Below are positions 29,991 to 41,101 of a DNA stretch of 64,000 nt, piece after piece (the stretch's first letter is position 1; every line of letters starts with the position of its first letter). The notes beneath the pieces are model-generated. The model saw only the letters and a program-made list of their open reading frames with translations. It searched no databases and had not been told where the DNA came from. The position numbers and the translations under genes were made by a program. Where the stretch lies: positions 1 to 64,000 of the forward strand of contig CBDDCK010000005.1 of NCBI GenBank assembly GCA_965225855.1, given 5' to 3'. The stretch is from Spirochaetia bacterium (GTDB lineage: Bacteria; Spirochaetota; Spirochaetia; SP-2023).

Positions 29991-31940
29991 ATGAGGCATA
30001 CAAAAAGAGCCAGTCGCATCATAGGCTTGGCATTTTGTTTATCGGTTATTCTGTTCATAGCCGGTTTTGCTGCATACCGCTTCTCAACTGATAAAGAGAA
30101 ACAGCTAGCAAACTACGGTTTAATTATCCCGGGTAATGATCGAACTTTTGCTGAAGGGATTGCCCGAGGTTACAAACTCTTAGTAGAAAGTTATGTTTCG
30201 TCTATTTCCCCAAAAATTTTGTACCAAGCTGCCAAAGAAACCATTGAACTGATTGAGCAGAATTGGCTTCCAGAAGAAAAAGCACTCAACAAAGAAGCTT
30301 TAGATACACTTATTCAGTGGCAACAAGAAGCTGAATCCAGTCCTAATTCTAGCCAAGATGGCAACGAAAATAATGGGGCTAATGCAAAGAGTGACGGTGT
30401 CCGTGCCCCTAAACGGGTGATATTGAGCGAAGAACAACAAATCAAACAAGAGCAGCTTTTTGCCGCAGAATATAAAAAATACAGTGCTAAAAGTTTAAAG
30501 CAGATTTACGAAGATGCATTGGCAAATAGTCGCTTGCAGGGGTTCTACAGCCAGGAATTTGCCAAGAAACTTTACACAGAAGCTCTTGCCGCCTTGTGCC
30601 GCCCACTCAATGACCCATTTAGTGGATTTTACCAAAAGAGTAGTTTTTATGAATTGAGCGATACTACCAATGGCAGTTTTGGTGGGGTGGGGATATATAT
30701 TAGTAAACAACCTATTCGCCAAGTGTTTGGCCTCTCTGAAGAAAAGCCAAGTGATGGCCAAACAACAGAAGAGGCCAAACAAAACAGCGAGATAGAACAA
30801 GAGACAAAGCATAGCTACCAATATTTGCAAAAGCATTACATCAAAGTTTCTCGTCCTTTTCCGGGCGGGCCTTCATTTCGCGCAGGAATTATGGCAGATG
30901 ATTTTATTTACGCTATTGATGGCGAACATGCCAAAGATTGGGAGGTAGAGCAAGTGCAAAATACCGTGCGCGGGGCTCCGGGCAGTAAAGTCAAAATTAC
31001 CGTACTGCGTGCACGGCAGCATAAGATTGATTTTGAAGTGGTGCGCGAAAAAATAGAAATTGTGGCCATCAATTCAGCTACAATCCCTTTGCCTAAGAAA
31101 GTGGATAACACAGAAAAGAATGGAGCAAAAATTTTGTATGTTGAGCTATCTCAATTTAATGCCGTAGCGGGTATGCAATTTAAAGAGCAAATGAAACAAT
31201 TCTTTCACAAGCAAATGAATGACAAAGATAAAGAGCCCATAGTTGCATTGCTCTTGGATATGCGCAATAACCCCGGAGGTTTGCTAAGTGTAGCTGTTGA
31301 TGTTGCAGACCAATTTTTGTCTGGTGGTTTGTTGGTTACCACCGATGCCCGCACTTCGGAAAATATTTTAAAGTTTGAAGCCAAAGAAAGAATAACGATT
31401 CCCGAAGATATTCCCGTTTATGTAATGGTCAACAGTGGCTCGGCATCTGCTGCAGAGATTGTTGCAGGTGCTCTGCAAGATAATCATCGTGCTCAAGTTT
31501 TAGGAGAAAAAAGTTTTGGTAAAGGCTCGGTACAAATTCCGGTAACTCTGCCTGAAGGTATTTTAAAATTAACGATAGCCCATTTTTATACGCCTAAAGG
31601 AGTAAACTTGGCCAATAACGGTATTCAGCCAGATCATGAATTTCATGTAACAGCTTTAAGTGAACAAGAATTAGCAGAGCTTGGAAAACTATGGCAGGCA
31701 TCTTTGATACCCAGTTTTGTTAGCCAAAATCGCAATTTTACCGATGAGGAATTTTTGGCATTTTTTGAAAAGGAAATCAAAGAACAATATAAGATTCAAG
31801 AAAAAACGGCTAAGCGGTTGGCTTATAGTGAAAAGATGCGCTATATGGAAAAACTTCCTGTATACAACTTAGAATATGACAGTATTTTGCGTGATGCAGT
31901 AGATTATATTTCTGCAAGTGTTGCAGTTAGCGCAGAATAG
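29991..31940 (+). CDS. C-terminal processing peptidase (S41A, PDZ)
   Basis: GSFGGVG, PDZ, LDMRNNPGGLL, SASAAEIVAGALQD, SFGKGSVQ. Confidence 0.92.
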   Translation: MRHTKRASRIIGLAFCLSVILFIAGFAAYRFSTDKEKQLANYGLIIPGNDRTFAEGIARGYKLLVESYVSSISPKILYQAAKETIELIEQNWLPEEKALNKEALDTLIQWQQEAESSPNSSQDGNENNGANAKSDGVRAPKRVILSEEQQIKQEQLFAAEYKKYSAKSLKQIYEDALANSRLQGFYSQEFAKKLYTEALAALCRPLNDPFSGFYQKSSFYELSDTTNGSFGGVGIYISKQPIRQVFGLSEEKPSDGQTTEEAKQNSEIEQETKHSYQYLQKHYIKVSRPFPGGPSFRAGIMADDFIYAIDGEHAKDWEVEQVQNTVRGAPGSKVKITVLRARQHKIDFEVVREKIEIVAINSATIPLPKKVDNTEKNGAKILYVELSQFNAVAGMQFKEQMKQFFHKQMNDKDKEPIVALLLDMRNNPGGLLSVAVDVADQFLSGGLLVTTDARTSENILKFEAKERITIPEDIPVYVMVNSGSASAAEIVAGALQDNHRAQVLGEKSFGKGSVQIPVTLPEGILKLTIAHFYTPKGVNLANNGIQPDHEFHVTALSEQELAELGKLWQASLIPSFVSQNRNFTDEEFLAFFEKEIKEQYKIQEKTAKRLAYSEKMRYMEKLPVYNLEYDSILRDAVDYISASVAVSAE

Positions 31941-32003
31941 CATATCTTTAGCAGAATAGGTATTGCCGAAGAGCTACTGCCCTATTACAATAGCAAGGCT
32001 ATT

Positions 32004-34100
32004 ATGATTTCTTTAAATAATATCAGCCTCAGCTTTGGTCAAACAGTAATATTTAATGGGGCTTCACTCAAAATTAACCCTGGCCAGCGCCTAGGGATTT
32101 GTGCTGCCAATGGCATGGGCAAAACCACATTACTAGGCTGTATTGCTGGAGAAATAGAAGTACATAGCGGGACGGTTGTTCGGCCCGAAAAAATGCGTTT
32201 AGTATATTTTCACCAGCAAGGTGTGGAATTAGGACAGAAGCGAATCCGTGATGAATTAGAGGAAGCCTTTGCTGCATATTTTGAATTAGAGCAAGCGATC
32301 AAACGACTAGAACAAAAAATAAGCCATCTATTCGAACAAGCTAAAAATAACAGCAACCAGCATAAGGAAATGAATCAGCTAGGCCGGGCGATTGATGAAT
32401 TGGAACATCTGCACCAGTTGCAAAGTGAAATGGGTTACGGTCAGTGTGAATCACAAATGATCTATATGCTCAAAGGTTTAGGTTTTCAGCCAGATGATTT
32501 GGAACGGCCGGGCGGTGAATTTTCCGGCGGTTGGCAGATGAAAATAGGGTTAGCAAAGGCCTTATTATCCCGCCCAGATATACTTATGTTGGACGAGCCT
32601 ACCAACCATTTGGATTTAGATGCGCTCATGTGGTTGATAGAAGTACTCAAAAAGCTAAACTGTACCCAAGTTATTATTAGCCATGACCGCTACTTTCTTG
32701 ACCATACCGTTAGCAGTATTGCAGAACTTTGGGACGGTAAGCTTACTTTGTACGCAGGCAATTACAGTACATATAAGCTGGAAAGGAAGAAACAAAATCA
32801 AGCTCAAGAGAAACAATACCTAGCCCAGCAAAGCTTTTTTAAAAAAGAACAAGCCTTGATAGAACGCTTCCGCTACAAAGCTTCCAAGGCCCGCCAAATG
32901 CAAAGCCGCATCAAGCTGTTGGGAAAAATGAAAGGCTCACAAGACACCCAAGGTTTCCCAGAGTTTGCAGTTGGTAGCAGCAAGCAGAGCCAAGTGCGTT
33001 TAAGTTTTACGCAAAACCGCCTCAGTGGTGAACAGGTGCTAGAAATAGAAAATATCTCGAAACGCTATCAAGGGCTATTAGCTTTAGAAAATATCTCCTT
33101 TACTATTGGAAGAGGGGAGCGGGTAGCCTTATTAGGGCCCAATGGCGCAGGTAAATCAACCTTAATGCGCATTATTGCTGGCCAAGACCAAAGCTATACC
33201 GGCAAGCTACGTTGGGGCGCACATGTTCAATTGGCTTATTTCTCCCAGCGCGCTGCCGATTTGTTGGACGAACGTCAAAGTATTTGGGATTATATCAATT
33301 CTTTGCCATCGGGTGCTGATGAACTAATGAGGCGTAAGACCTTGGGCATGTTCTTGTTTAGTGGCGATGATATATTCCAACTGATAGCTAGCCTTAGTGG
33401 TGGCCAGAAGGCTCGGGTTTTGCTGTGCTCGTTGGTATTGCAGCCTTGCAACTTTCTGGTTCTTGATGAACCCAATAACCATCTGGATTTAGAGACCCAA
33501 CAAATAATGCTTTCAGCCTTGCAAGATTTTCCCGGTACGGTGCTATTTACCACCCATGACCGCTATTTACTAGAGCAGCTAGCAAGTAAAATTGTATTGT
33601 TAGAAAAGCCTGATGATAAACCTAGCCATAAGGCAAAAGCTGGCAGCAACCCAAGCAACTCAAGCAGTAAGTTGCAAGCTGCGCATGCTCATATTTATTA
33701 TGGCAATTATCAATACTTCCTTTGGAAGCGCAGAGCAGAGGAACTAGGGGCTAAAGAGTTGCAGGATACTTCCCTAATAAAAGAGCAAGAAGGGAATAAC
33801 GAGCCTATAACAAGTAATAATCCAAATACCGGAAAGCCCAACAACAATAAGTCAGTATACCAAAATAGCAAAGAAGAAAGGGCCCAACGGCGCAAGCTCG
33901 AACGTGAAGAACAAAAAATAATAGAGCTGATAGAACTCATTGAAAGTGATATTGATACGATTCAATGTAGTTTTGTATTGGAAGAGATTTATTCCAAACC
34001 AGATAAATTGTTAAAACAGCAGCAGACATTAAAAGCCAAAGAGGCAGAATTAGAAGCTTGCCATAGCCGTTGGCAAGAAATTATGCGAAAGCTAGCGTAA
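32004..34100 (+). CDS. ABC-F family ATP-binding protein
   Basis: Two ABC domains (NGMGKTT...FSGGWQMK...LDEPTNHLD and GPNGAGKST...LSGGQK...LDEPNNHLD), no TM, C-terminal coiled coil. Confidence 0.92.
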   Translation: MISLNNISLSFGQTVIFNGASLKINPGQRLGICAANGMGKTTLLGCIAGEIEVHSGTVVRPEKMRLVYFHQQGVELGQKRIRDELEEAFAAYFELEQAIKRLEQKISHLFEQAKNNSNQHKEMNQLGRAIDELEHLHQLQSEMGYGQCESQMIYMLKGLGFQPDDLERPGGEFSGGWQMKIGLAKALLSRPDILMLDEPTNHLDLDALMWLIEVLKKLNCTQVIISHDRYFLDHTVSSIAELWDGKLTLYAGNYSTYKLERKKQNQAQEKQYLAQQSFFKKEQALIERFRYKASKARQMQSRIKLLGKMKGSQDTQGFPEFAVGSSKQSQVRLSFTQNRLSGEQVLEIENISKRYQGLLALENISFTIGRGERVALLGPNGAGKSTLMRIIAGQDQSYTGKLRWGAHVQLAYFSQRAADLLDERQSIWDYINSLPSGADELMRRKTLGMFLFSGDDIFQLIASLSGGQKARVLLCSLVLQPCNFLVLDEPNNHLDLETQQIMLSALQDFPGTVLFTTHDRYLLEQLASKIVLLEKPDDKPSHKAKAGSNPSNSSSKLQAAHAHIYYGNYQYFLWKRRAEELGAKELQDTSLIKEQEGNNEPITSNNPNTGKPNNNKSVYQNSKEERAQRRKLEREEQKIIELIELIESDIDTIQCSFVLEEIYSKPDKLLKQQQTLKAKEAELEACHSRWQEIMRKLA

Positions 34101-34197
34101 TTTTTTTGAGGGAATCATAAATACTTTTCTGAAAACGATCAGTTTTTTATTGTAGCAGTTTTACTGCTCGTTATAATAGAGCGGCATTCAGCATACT

Positions 34198-34698
34198 TTG
34201 GCTGAAAAGGAGGGGGATAGGAGCTATCGCGTGAACGAATCTACCCCACATTTTTTGCGTTGTTCTTGGTGTGCCAATTATTTTGATGCTGGTGCGGAAG
34301 CGGCTGCAATCGATAATAACTGTTGTGCATATTGTGCTGCTGGACTGCCTTCGCAGATGGCATTGTCTGGTAAGTTGCCGCCAGCCAATAATGATATAGC
34401 GGAAAATATTCGGTGGATTCGTTGTTATATTTGCCGTAAGGCGGTTCAATTGCAGGTACTCGCCGATAGGAACAATTCTTTGGAAACCCACTTGCAACAC
34501 ACTCGTGAAGAACAAAAGGAAAAGTTGCGTAGGAAGTTAGAAATACTTGCGGATAGCCAAAGTATTAACGAAGTGCCTTCCAAGATGGATAAACAAATCC
34601 CAAAGTATTTTTATGAAAAGTTTTCTTTGAGAACATGGTATCCAGATAGTGCTGATTGTAATAGCTTATTCTGGTATCACTATGTAATCAATATTTAG
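34198..34698 (+). CDS. Hypothetical Cys-rich protein, possibly Zn-binding
   Basis: CSWC, CCAYC and CYIC...HLQH motifs; start uncertain. Confidence 0.45.
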   Translation: MAEKEGDRSYRVNESTPHFLRCSWCANYFDAGAEAAAIDNNCCAYCAAGLPSQMALSGKLPPANNDIAENIRWIRCYICRKAVQLQVLADRNNSLETHLQHTREEQKEKLRRKLEILADSQSINEVPSKMDKQIPKYFYEKFSLRTWYPDSADCNSLFWYHYVINI

Positions 34699-34723
34699 CT
34701 ACCAGTCTGGAAGTTATTACAAA

Positions 34724-34754
34724 CAAGGTTGGTAGAATAGCTTTACCAACCTTG
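34724..34754. terminator. Putative bidirectional terminator hairpin
   Basis: caaggttggta...taccaaccttg between convergent genes. Confidence 0.6.
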
Positions 34755-34839
34755 CTCTATAGATTTTCTTGAATTTTAAATTAAATTATTATTAGAGTAA
34801 ATATTAAAATAAATATAGCTTGCCCTGTATAGTGCCTAG

Positions 34840-36390
34840 TTACTGGAAACGAGGCTTATATTCCTCTTGCCATTTATCTACCCCATGATCAAAATGCTTA
34901 CGCTTTATGACTCGGTTTACTTCCCAGCTGCTTAGGTCTTGATTAAAGGCTCGGGCAAAATAAAACATATCCTCCATATTGGTAACTTTAGAAACATTCC
35001 ATTCGTTAATTGGTTGGTTAAAAGCGGTTGCCCCATGAAACATGAATCCCATATCGGTAACTTTGGTCGTATTCCAATTACCAATTGGCTGGTTAAAGGC
35101 GTATGCCTTAAAAAACATGAATCCCATATCGGTAACTTTGGCTGTATTCCACTTGTCGCCATTGGTGTTGATGGGCTGGTTAAAGGCTTCTGCCTCACCA
35201 AACATCAAGCGCATATCGGTAACTTTAGCGGTATTCCAATTGCCAATTGGCTGGTTAAAGGCTTGTGCCTCATAAAACATGGCTTTCATATTTGTAACTT
35301 GGGCGGTATTCCAATTGCCAATTGGTTGGTTAAAGGTTTGTGCCTTACGAAACATGTATTTCATATCGGTAACATTGGCCGTGTTCCAATTGCCAATTGG
35401 TTGGTTAAAAGCTTCTGCCCCATCAAACATGTGTTCCATATTGGTAACTTTGGCCGTGTTCCAATTGCCAATTGGTTGGTTAAAAGCCTTTGTCCTTCCG
35501 AATAAACCCGACATATTGATAACATTGGAAGTATCCCAGTTGCCAATTGGCTGGTTAAAGGCTTCTGTCATACCAAACATAACGTACATATTGGCAACAT
35601 TGGCGGTATCCCAATCGCCAATCGGTTGGTTAAACGCTTGTGTTCGAACGAATAAACCGCTCATATCGGTAACGTTGGCGGTATCCCAATCGCCAATCGG
35701 TTGGTTAAAAACTTTTGCTTCCGCAAACATAAATCGCATGTTGGCAACGTTGGAAACATCCCAACAGTTTATTGCACCATTAAAGTCAGTCTTACTAAAA
35801 ACCTTGCTTAAGTCGGTTATCTGGGAAGTATCTATAGCTTGTAAATCATCACCAGTTAATTTACTGTCGCCCGTTACCAGTGCTTTAAGCTGTTCGGTGG
35901 TGGCGGGCTTGTGTTCTGTACTTGGTGGCGGGCAGCCACTTTTTCGTACGGTGAATTTATAGAGTTTTGTGTGGCCGCCTCCATCAACCTTTACCTCATA
36001 CGCTCCGACTCGTTCGTCTGCGGGTATGGTGAGTTTTGCTGTTTGGCTTGTGGAGCTTAGCTTTGTCCAAGTGCGGCCCAACGAGCTATCGTCTTTTTTG
36101 CCACGCTTGCGCCATTGCCAGCTCAACTCCCCGCTACCTTCGGTTACAACGCTAAAGGTAATCGCTTTGCTTTGGAATACCCAGGCCGTTGTGCTCGCAT
36201 CTATGCCTCCATGGTCGGTATCGGTTTGGCTGAGAATCCCCCCCAAAGAGATAATCCCCTTGCCGTTATTATTATTGCTAAGGTCTCCTTTGTCTTCATC
36301 TAAGTCACCACACGAAAACATTAGAAAAAGGCCAAGCAAAGCGAAAAAGTCAACAAGGCGATGATTACTATTCAGATGATTACTATTCAT
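34840..36390 (-). CDS. DUF285 (BspA-like) repeat surface lipoprotein
   Basis: AGGAG RBS before ATG 36390; LMFSC lipobox; 25-aa repeats FNQPIGNWNTAKVTNM..MF. Confidence 0.9.
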   Translation of the reverse strand: MNSNHLNSNHRLVDFFALLGLFLMFSCGDLDEDKGDLSNNNNGKGIISLGGILSQTDTDHGGIDASTTAWVFQSKAITFSVVTEGSGELSWQWRKRGKKDDSSLGRTWTKLSSTSQTAKLTIPADERVGAYEVKVDGGGHTKLYKFTVRKSGCPPPSTEHKPATTEQLKALVTGDSKLTGDDLQAIDTSQITDLSKVFSKTDFNGAINCWDVSNVANMRFMFAEAKVFNQPIGDWDTANVTDMSGLFVRTQAFNQPIGDWDTANVANMYVMFGMTEAFNQPIGNWDTSNVINMSGLFGRTKAFNQPIGNWNTAKVTNMEHMFDGAEAFNQPIGNWNTANVTDMKYMFRKAQTFNQPIGNWNTAQVTNMKAMFYEAQAFNQPIGNWNTAKVTDMRLMFGEAEAFNQPINTNGDKWNTAKVTDMGFMFFKAYAFNQPIGNWNTTKVTDMGFMFHGATAFNQPINEWNVSKVTNMEDMFYFARAFNQDLSSWEVNRVIKRKHFDHGVDKWQEEYKPRFQ

Positions 36391-36471
36391 ATAAACACTC
36401 CTTATGAATAAAGAATTTTTACGATACATTACTCAATCGCTTTTTAAATGCATAATATTTTTTGCGCAGCA

Positions 36472-38214
36472 TCAAGAGTTAAAGGGAGGTTTGGCTTGTT
36501 GCCATTTTCTGGCATCCCGACTAAAACCATCACTTTTAACATTTTTATTTACCTTCCATCTACTTAAATCTTGATTAAAAGAATGTGCACCCCAAAACAT
36601 AAATCTCATATCGGTAACTTGAGCAACGTCCCAATCGCCAATATCTTGGTCAAAAGTGTTTGCACCCGCAAACATATGGTACATGTTGGTAACTTTGGCG
36701 GTGTTCCACTGGCCAATCGGCTGGTTGAAAGCGTCTGCTTCATAAAACATATGGTACATGTTGGTAACTTTGGCGGTGTTCCACTTGTCGCCATTGGTGT
36801 TGATGGGCTGGTTAAACGCCCTTGCGTCAAGAAACATCTTTTTCATACTGGTCACGTTGGCGGTGTTCCACTCGCCAATGGGCTGGTTAAAAGCTCTTGC
36901 GCCAAGAAACATAGCGGCCATATTGGTAACTTTGGCGGTATTCCACTTGTCGCCATTGGTGTTGATGGGCTGGTTAAAAGCTATTGCGTTCGTAAACATA
37001 TTTACCATGTTGGTCACGTTGGCGGTATTCCAGTTGCCAATGGCTTGGTTAAACGCGGTTGCATAGTAGAACATAGCGGCCATGTTGGTCACGTTGGCGG
37101 TATCCCAATTGCCAATCGGTTGGTCAAATACTTTTGCACTATCAAACATAAATCGCATGTCCTGAACGTTGGCGGTATTCCAGTTGCCAATGGCTTGATT
37201 AAAAGCGGTTGCTTCACTAAACATAGCGTACATATTGGTCACTTTGGCGGTATTCCAGTGGCCAATCGGTTGGTTAAATACTTTTGCTTCATTAAACATA
37301 GCGTACATATTGGTCACGTTGGCGGTATTCCAATTGCCAATTGGTTGGTTAAAGGCTTCTGCCCCATCAAACATGTGTTCCATATTGGTCACGTTGGCGG
37401 TATTCCAATTGCCAATGGGCTGGTTAAAAGCCTTTGTCCTTCCGAATAAACCTGACATATTGATAACATTGGAAGTATCCCAGTTACCAATTGGCTGGTT
37501 AAAGGCTTCTGTCATACCAAACATTAACTTCATATTGGCAACGTTGGAAACATCCCAGCAGTTTATTGCACCATTAAAGTCAGTCCTAATAAAAACCTTG
37601 CTTAAGTCGGTTATCTGGGAAGTATCTATAGCTTGTAAATCATCGCCAGTTAATTTACTGTCGCCTGTTACCAGTGCTTTAAGCTGTTCGGTGGTGGCGG
37701 GCTTGTGTTCTGTACTTGGTGGCGGGCAGCCACTTTTTCGTACGGTGAATTTATAGAGTTTTGTATGGCCGCCTCCATCAACCTTTATTTCATAGGCGCC
37801 GACTCTTTCGTCTTCGGGTATGGTGAGTTTTGCTGTTTGGCTTGTGGAGCTTAGCTTTGTCCAAGTGCGGCCCAACGAGCTATCGTCTTTTTTGCCACGC
37901 TTGCGCCATTGCCAGCTCAACTCCCCGCTACCTTCGGTTACAACGCTAAAGGTAATCGCTTTGCTTTGGAATACCCAGGCCGTTGTGCTCGCATCTATGC
38001 CTCCATGGTCGGTATCGGTTTGGCTGAGAATCCCCCCCAAAGAGATAATCCCCTTGCCGTTGTCTTCATCTAAGTCACCACACGAAAACATTAGAAAAAG
38101 GCCAAACAAGGCGAGAGTTACTCTTTTAAATCTTGTCGATGCTGTGTGAGAGCCGCAAAAATAGTGGGCTAAATAATGGATTTGGTAGAACCGATTGGTT
38201 GGGCGGTTATTCAT
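36472..38214 (-). CDS. DUF285 (BspA-like) repeat surface lipoprotein, tandem paralogue
   Basis: N-domain near-identical to the neighbour; 25-aa repeats. Confidence 0.9.
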   Translation of the reverse strand: MNNRPTNRFYQIHYLAHYFCGSHTASTRFKRVTLALFGLFLMFSCGDLDEDNGKGIISLGGILSQTDTDHGGIDASTTAWVFQSKAITFSVVTEGSGELSWQWRKRGKKDDSSLGRTWTKLSSTSQTAKLTIPEDERVGAYEIKVDGGGHTKLYKFTVRKSGCPPPSTEHKPATTEQLKALVTGDSKLTGDDLQAIDTSQITDLSKVFIRTDFNGAINCWDVSNVANMKLMFGMTEAFNQPIGNWDTSNVINMSGLFGRTKAFNQPIGNWNTANVTNMEHMFDGAEAFNQPIGNWNTANVTNMYAMFNEAKVFNQPIGHWNTAKVTNMYAMFSEATAFNQAIGNWNTANVQDMRFMFDSAKVFDQPIGNWDTANVTNMAAMFYYATAFNQAIGNWNTANVTNMVNMFTNAIAFNQPINTNGDKWNTAKVTNMAAMFLGARAFNQPIGEWNTANVTSMKKMFLDARAFNQPINTNGDKWNTAKVTNMYHMFYEADAFNQPIGQWNTAKVTNMYHMFAGANTFDQDIGDWDVAQVTDMRFMFWGAHSFNQDLSRWKVNKNVKSDGFSRDARKWQQAKPPFNS

Positions 38215-38250
38215 AAAAAGACTTCTCCTTATACAAAATGTAATACACTT

Positions 38251-38279
38251 AGTATAAAAAATAATGTATCTTTTGTCAA
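38251..38279 (-). promoter_or_regulatory. sigma70-type promoter of the DUF285 genes
   Basis: TTGACA-17-TATACT, followed by an AAGGAG RBS. Confidence 0.75.
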
Positions 38280-38722
38280 ATTTTTCTAAGTTATACTCTA
38301 TTTAACGAAATAGTTTAAGGAAGAATGTTTTATTAGCTGGGGCTATAGTAAAACCTACGCTTAAATCAATTGTTAGGCATTAAGAAATTCTGTTGTTGGG
38401 CATTAAGAGACTCTCTTAATGCTTATGCCAACGTTCTGGTAATAATTATTGTAAGGGGTTTGTTCAAAGCTATTACTAAAAAAAGTTTGTAGCCTTAATA
38501 AATTTACAGCCTTGCTATTTTGTCCATACCCAGGCTATAATTGGCAAAACCAACCACGATAAAAAAATTTACCAAGGCTGCAATTGATAAAAGCAGCCTT
38601 GATAAAAAAATTTACAGCCTTGACAAAAAAATTTGTAGCCTTAATAAAAAAATTTACAGCCTTGGTATTTTCTCCATACCAAGGCTATAATTGGCCAATG
38701 CAAGCGTTGCAACAACCAAACC

Positions 38723-40567
38723 CTACCTTACAACACTAATACTAGTGCTTAGGTTTTCTGGACTACCAGGTACAAATTCTGCTGCTGTTTCCAGGTTGTA
38801 TGCACCATTATTATCACTTTTACCCCCCTTAACCAGTATCTTATCGACTTCCGCTTTTACACTACCCCTTAAAGTAATATTTAATCTTGTTGTACTTGCA
38901 CTAGAACCTGTGGCTCTGTTTACACCTTCATTTGCGTGCCGGGGTAATGGGTATCTCTTCTTACCATCACCGGATACAATCGTCAATTTGCTAAAGTCCC
39001 AGTCTGTAACTGCTCTCGGTAACCTGACACCTCTAATAGTTAACTCGCCTCCATAATAATCGTAGACTGCACTGGTGATGCTGGCTACATACCCACTAAC
39101 GGTAATCGGGTTGCTTGGGTCTTCTGCGCTACCACCTGCAAAGCCTGCTGCTGCTTCCAGGTTGTATGCACCATTAGCATCACGAACACCTTCCTTAACC
39201 AGTATCTTCTCGGCTTCCGCTTTTACACTACCGCTTAAAGTAATACTTAAGTAGGTTGTACCTGCACGAGAACCTGTGGCTGTGTTTTCACCTGCAGTTT
39301 CGTGCCGGGGTAATGGGTATCTCTTACTACCATCACCGGATACAATCGTCAATTTGCTAAAGTCCCAGTCTGCAACTGCTCTCGGTAACTTGATACCTCT
39401 AATATATAACTCGCCTGTATTAGCATTGTAGGTTGCACTGGTGATGCTGGCTGTATACCCGCTAACGGTAATAGGATTGGTTGTGTCTTCTGCGCTACCA
39501 CCTGCAAAGCCTGCTGCTGCTTCCAGGTTGTATGCACCATTAGCATCACTATCACCATCGTTAACCAGTATCTTCTCGGCTTTGGCTTTTACACTACCTC
39601 TTAAAAAAATAAATAATTTTGTTGCACTTGCTCGAGAACCTGTGGCTGTGTTTCTACCTAAAGTTGAGTGCTTAGGTAATTTGAATCTATTACTACCATC
39701 ACCGGATACAAGCGTCAATTTGCTAAAGTCCCAGCCTGTAACTGTTTTTGGCAAATTAGTACCTGTAATCTCTAACTCGCTTATACTAACATTGTAGGTT
39801 GCACTGGTAATTGCGGCTTCGGGTAGTTCAGGCGACTGATCTCCAGCTTGTTCGACTTCTTCAGCTTGTTCGTCTTGTTCGGCTTTAGGTTGCTTAGGCG
39901 ACTCCTCTTCGGTTTCTTCGGCTTCGGGTAGTTTACGCGACTCCTCTTCGGTTTCTTCGGCTTCGGGTAGTTTACGCGACTCCTCTTCAGCTTGTTCAGA
40001 CTGTTCGACTTGTTCGTCTTCTTCAGCTTGTTCAGCTTCTTCAGTTTGCTTAGATGGCTGATTGTCATCGGATACTTTAGACTGCTTATTTTCGGGTACA
40101 TTACTAACGTCCAAGTCTTTAGGTGTATTTAAACCCGCCCAAGCACCAGAGCTAGTAAGCAACCCTTTTTTTAGACCATTGCTATCCATACCGGGCTTGG
40201 CCTCAAGAACAGCTTTATCGTCATCGGTAAGTCTAAGCCAAAGCTCTGTGCCATCGCTTTTAATACGGTACTTACCTTGTTCAAGACCGTTACTATTTAC
40301 CCCAGTGGCTGGGTCATCTGCAGTATAGGAACTTAAGGCTACACCATTTGTTGGGCTTCCTACCGTGATAGTTTGGATTTGCGCTTGTTGCGCACTACCT
40401 AAGTGAGTACCTTGTACGGTTAACAGCGCCGTAGCAAAGTCGTAGATGGCGTTATTGATAGTCGGCCCATAAGACGGCGCATCATCGTCATCGGGTGGGG
40501 CGCAGGCAAAGGCCATAAAGGCCAGTAGCAATGCTACAGGCAATAAAAGTAGTTTGAGCTTATACAT
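38723..40567 (-). CDS. Modular surface lipoprotein, paralogue 5 (A-linker-B-B-B)
   Basis: RBS, lipobox FMAFAC and repeats. Confidence 0.9.
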   Translation of the reverse strand: MYKLKLLLLPVALLLAFMAFACAPPDDDDAPSYGPTINNAIYDFATALLTVQGTHLGSAQQAQIQTITVGSPTNGVALSSYTADDPATGVNSNGLEQGKYRIKSDGTELWLRLTDDDKAVLEAKPGMDSNGLKKGLLTSSGAWAGLNTPKDLDVSNVPENKQSKVSDDNQPSKQTEEAEQAEEDEQVEQSEQAEEESRKLPEAEETEEESRKLPEAEETEEESPKQPKAEQDEQAEEVEQAGDQSPELPEAAITSATYNVSISELEITGTNLPKTVTGWDFSKLTLVSGDGSNRFKLPKHSTLGRNTATGSRASATKLFIFLRGSVKAKAEKILVNDGDSDANGAYNLEAAAGFAGGSAEDTTNPITVSGYTASITSATYNANTGELYIRGIKLPRAVADWDFSKLTIVSGDGSKRYPLPRHETAGENTATGSRAGTTYLSITLSGSVKAEAEKILVKEGVRDANGAYNLEAAAGFAGGSAEDPSNPITVSGYVASITSAVYDYYGGELTIRGVRLPRAVTDWDFSKLTIVSGDGKKRYPLPRHANEGVNRATGSSASTTRLNITLRGSVKAEVDKILVKGGKSDNNGAYNLETAAEFVPGSPENLSTSISVVR

Positions 40568-41046
40568 AAGCAATACCTCCAACAATGGATAAAGATTCGC
40601 TAACCCATACGGGCTAGTATATAGCACCCTATTGTGTTAGGGGGGGAATTGAGTCAAGGCCTATATAAGGCTTTTTACAAGTTTTTTTGTGTTTTTTTAT
40701 GTTTGGGCACTTTTTTTGTGTTAGTGTTGTTTTTTAGTGTTGGTTGGGGGTTAAAAATCCATGCCAATCCATTTGCATTGAATATTATTGTAATCTATAA
40801 ACCATCAAAGCAACCAATCCATAGTTATAGACGCAACAAGTCGATAACTATGGACCGACCTAGTCCATAATTGTTACTTTTCAAAAGTACATAATTAGGG
40901 CATGGTTTGGTTTTTGTTGTGAAGGCTTGGGGGTGGGTTGTTGGTTGGGTGTTGGGGTGTTGGTTGGGGGCTTGGATTATAAAGCCCCGCCCCCTTTGCT
41001 TGCCTTTTTTGCTTACCTTTTTGTCGGGTAATTAATTATTGGAGGC

Positions 41047-41075
41047 TTGCGGCAACAGCAAGACCGTATTATAAT
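41047..41075 (+). promoter_or_regulatory. sigma70-type promoter
   Basis: TTGCGG-17-TATAAT upstream of GGAGG and ATG 41102. Confidence 0.6.
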
Positions 41076-41101
41076 GATTCTTGATTTTGAGGAGGTCGCT
41101 A

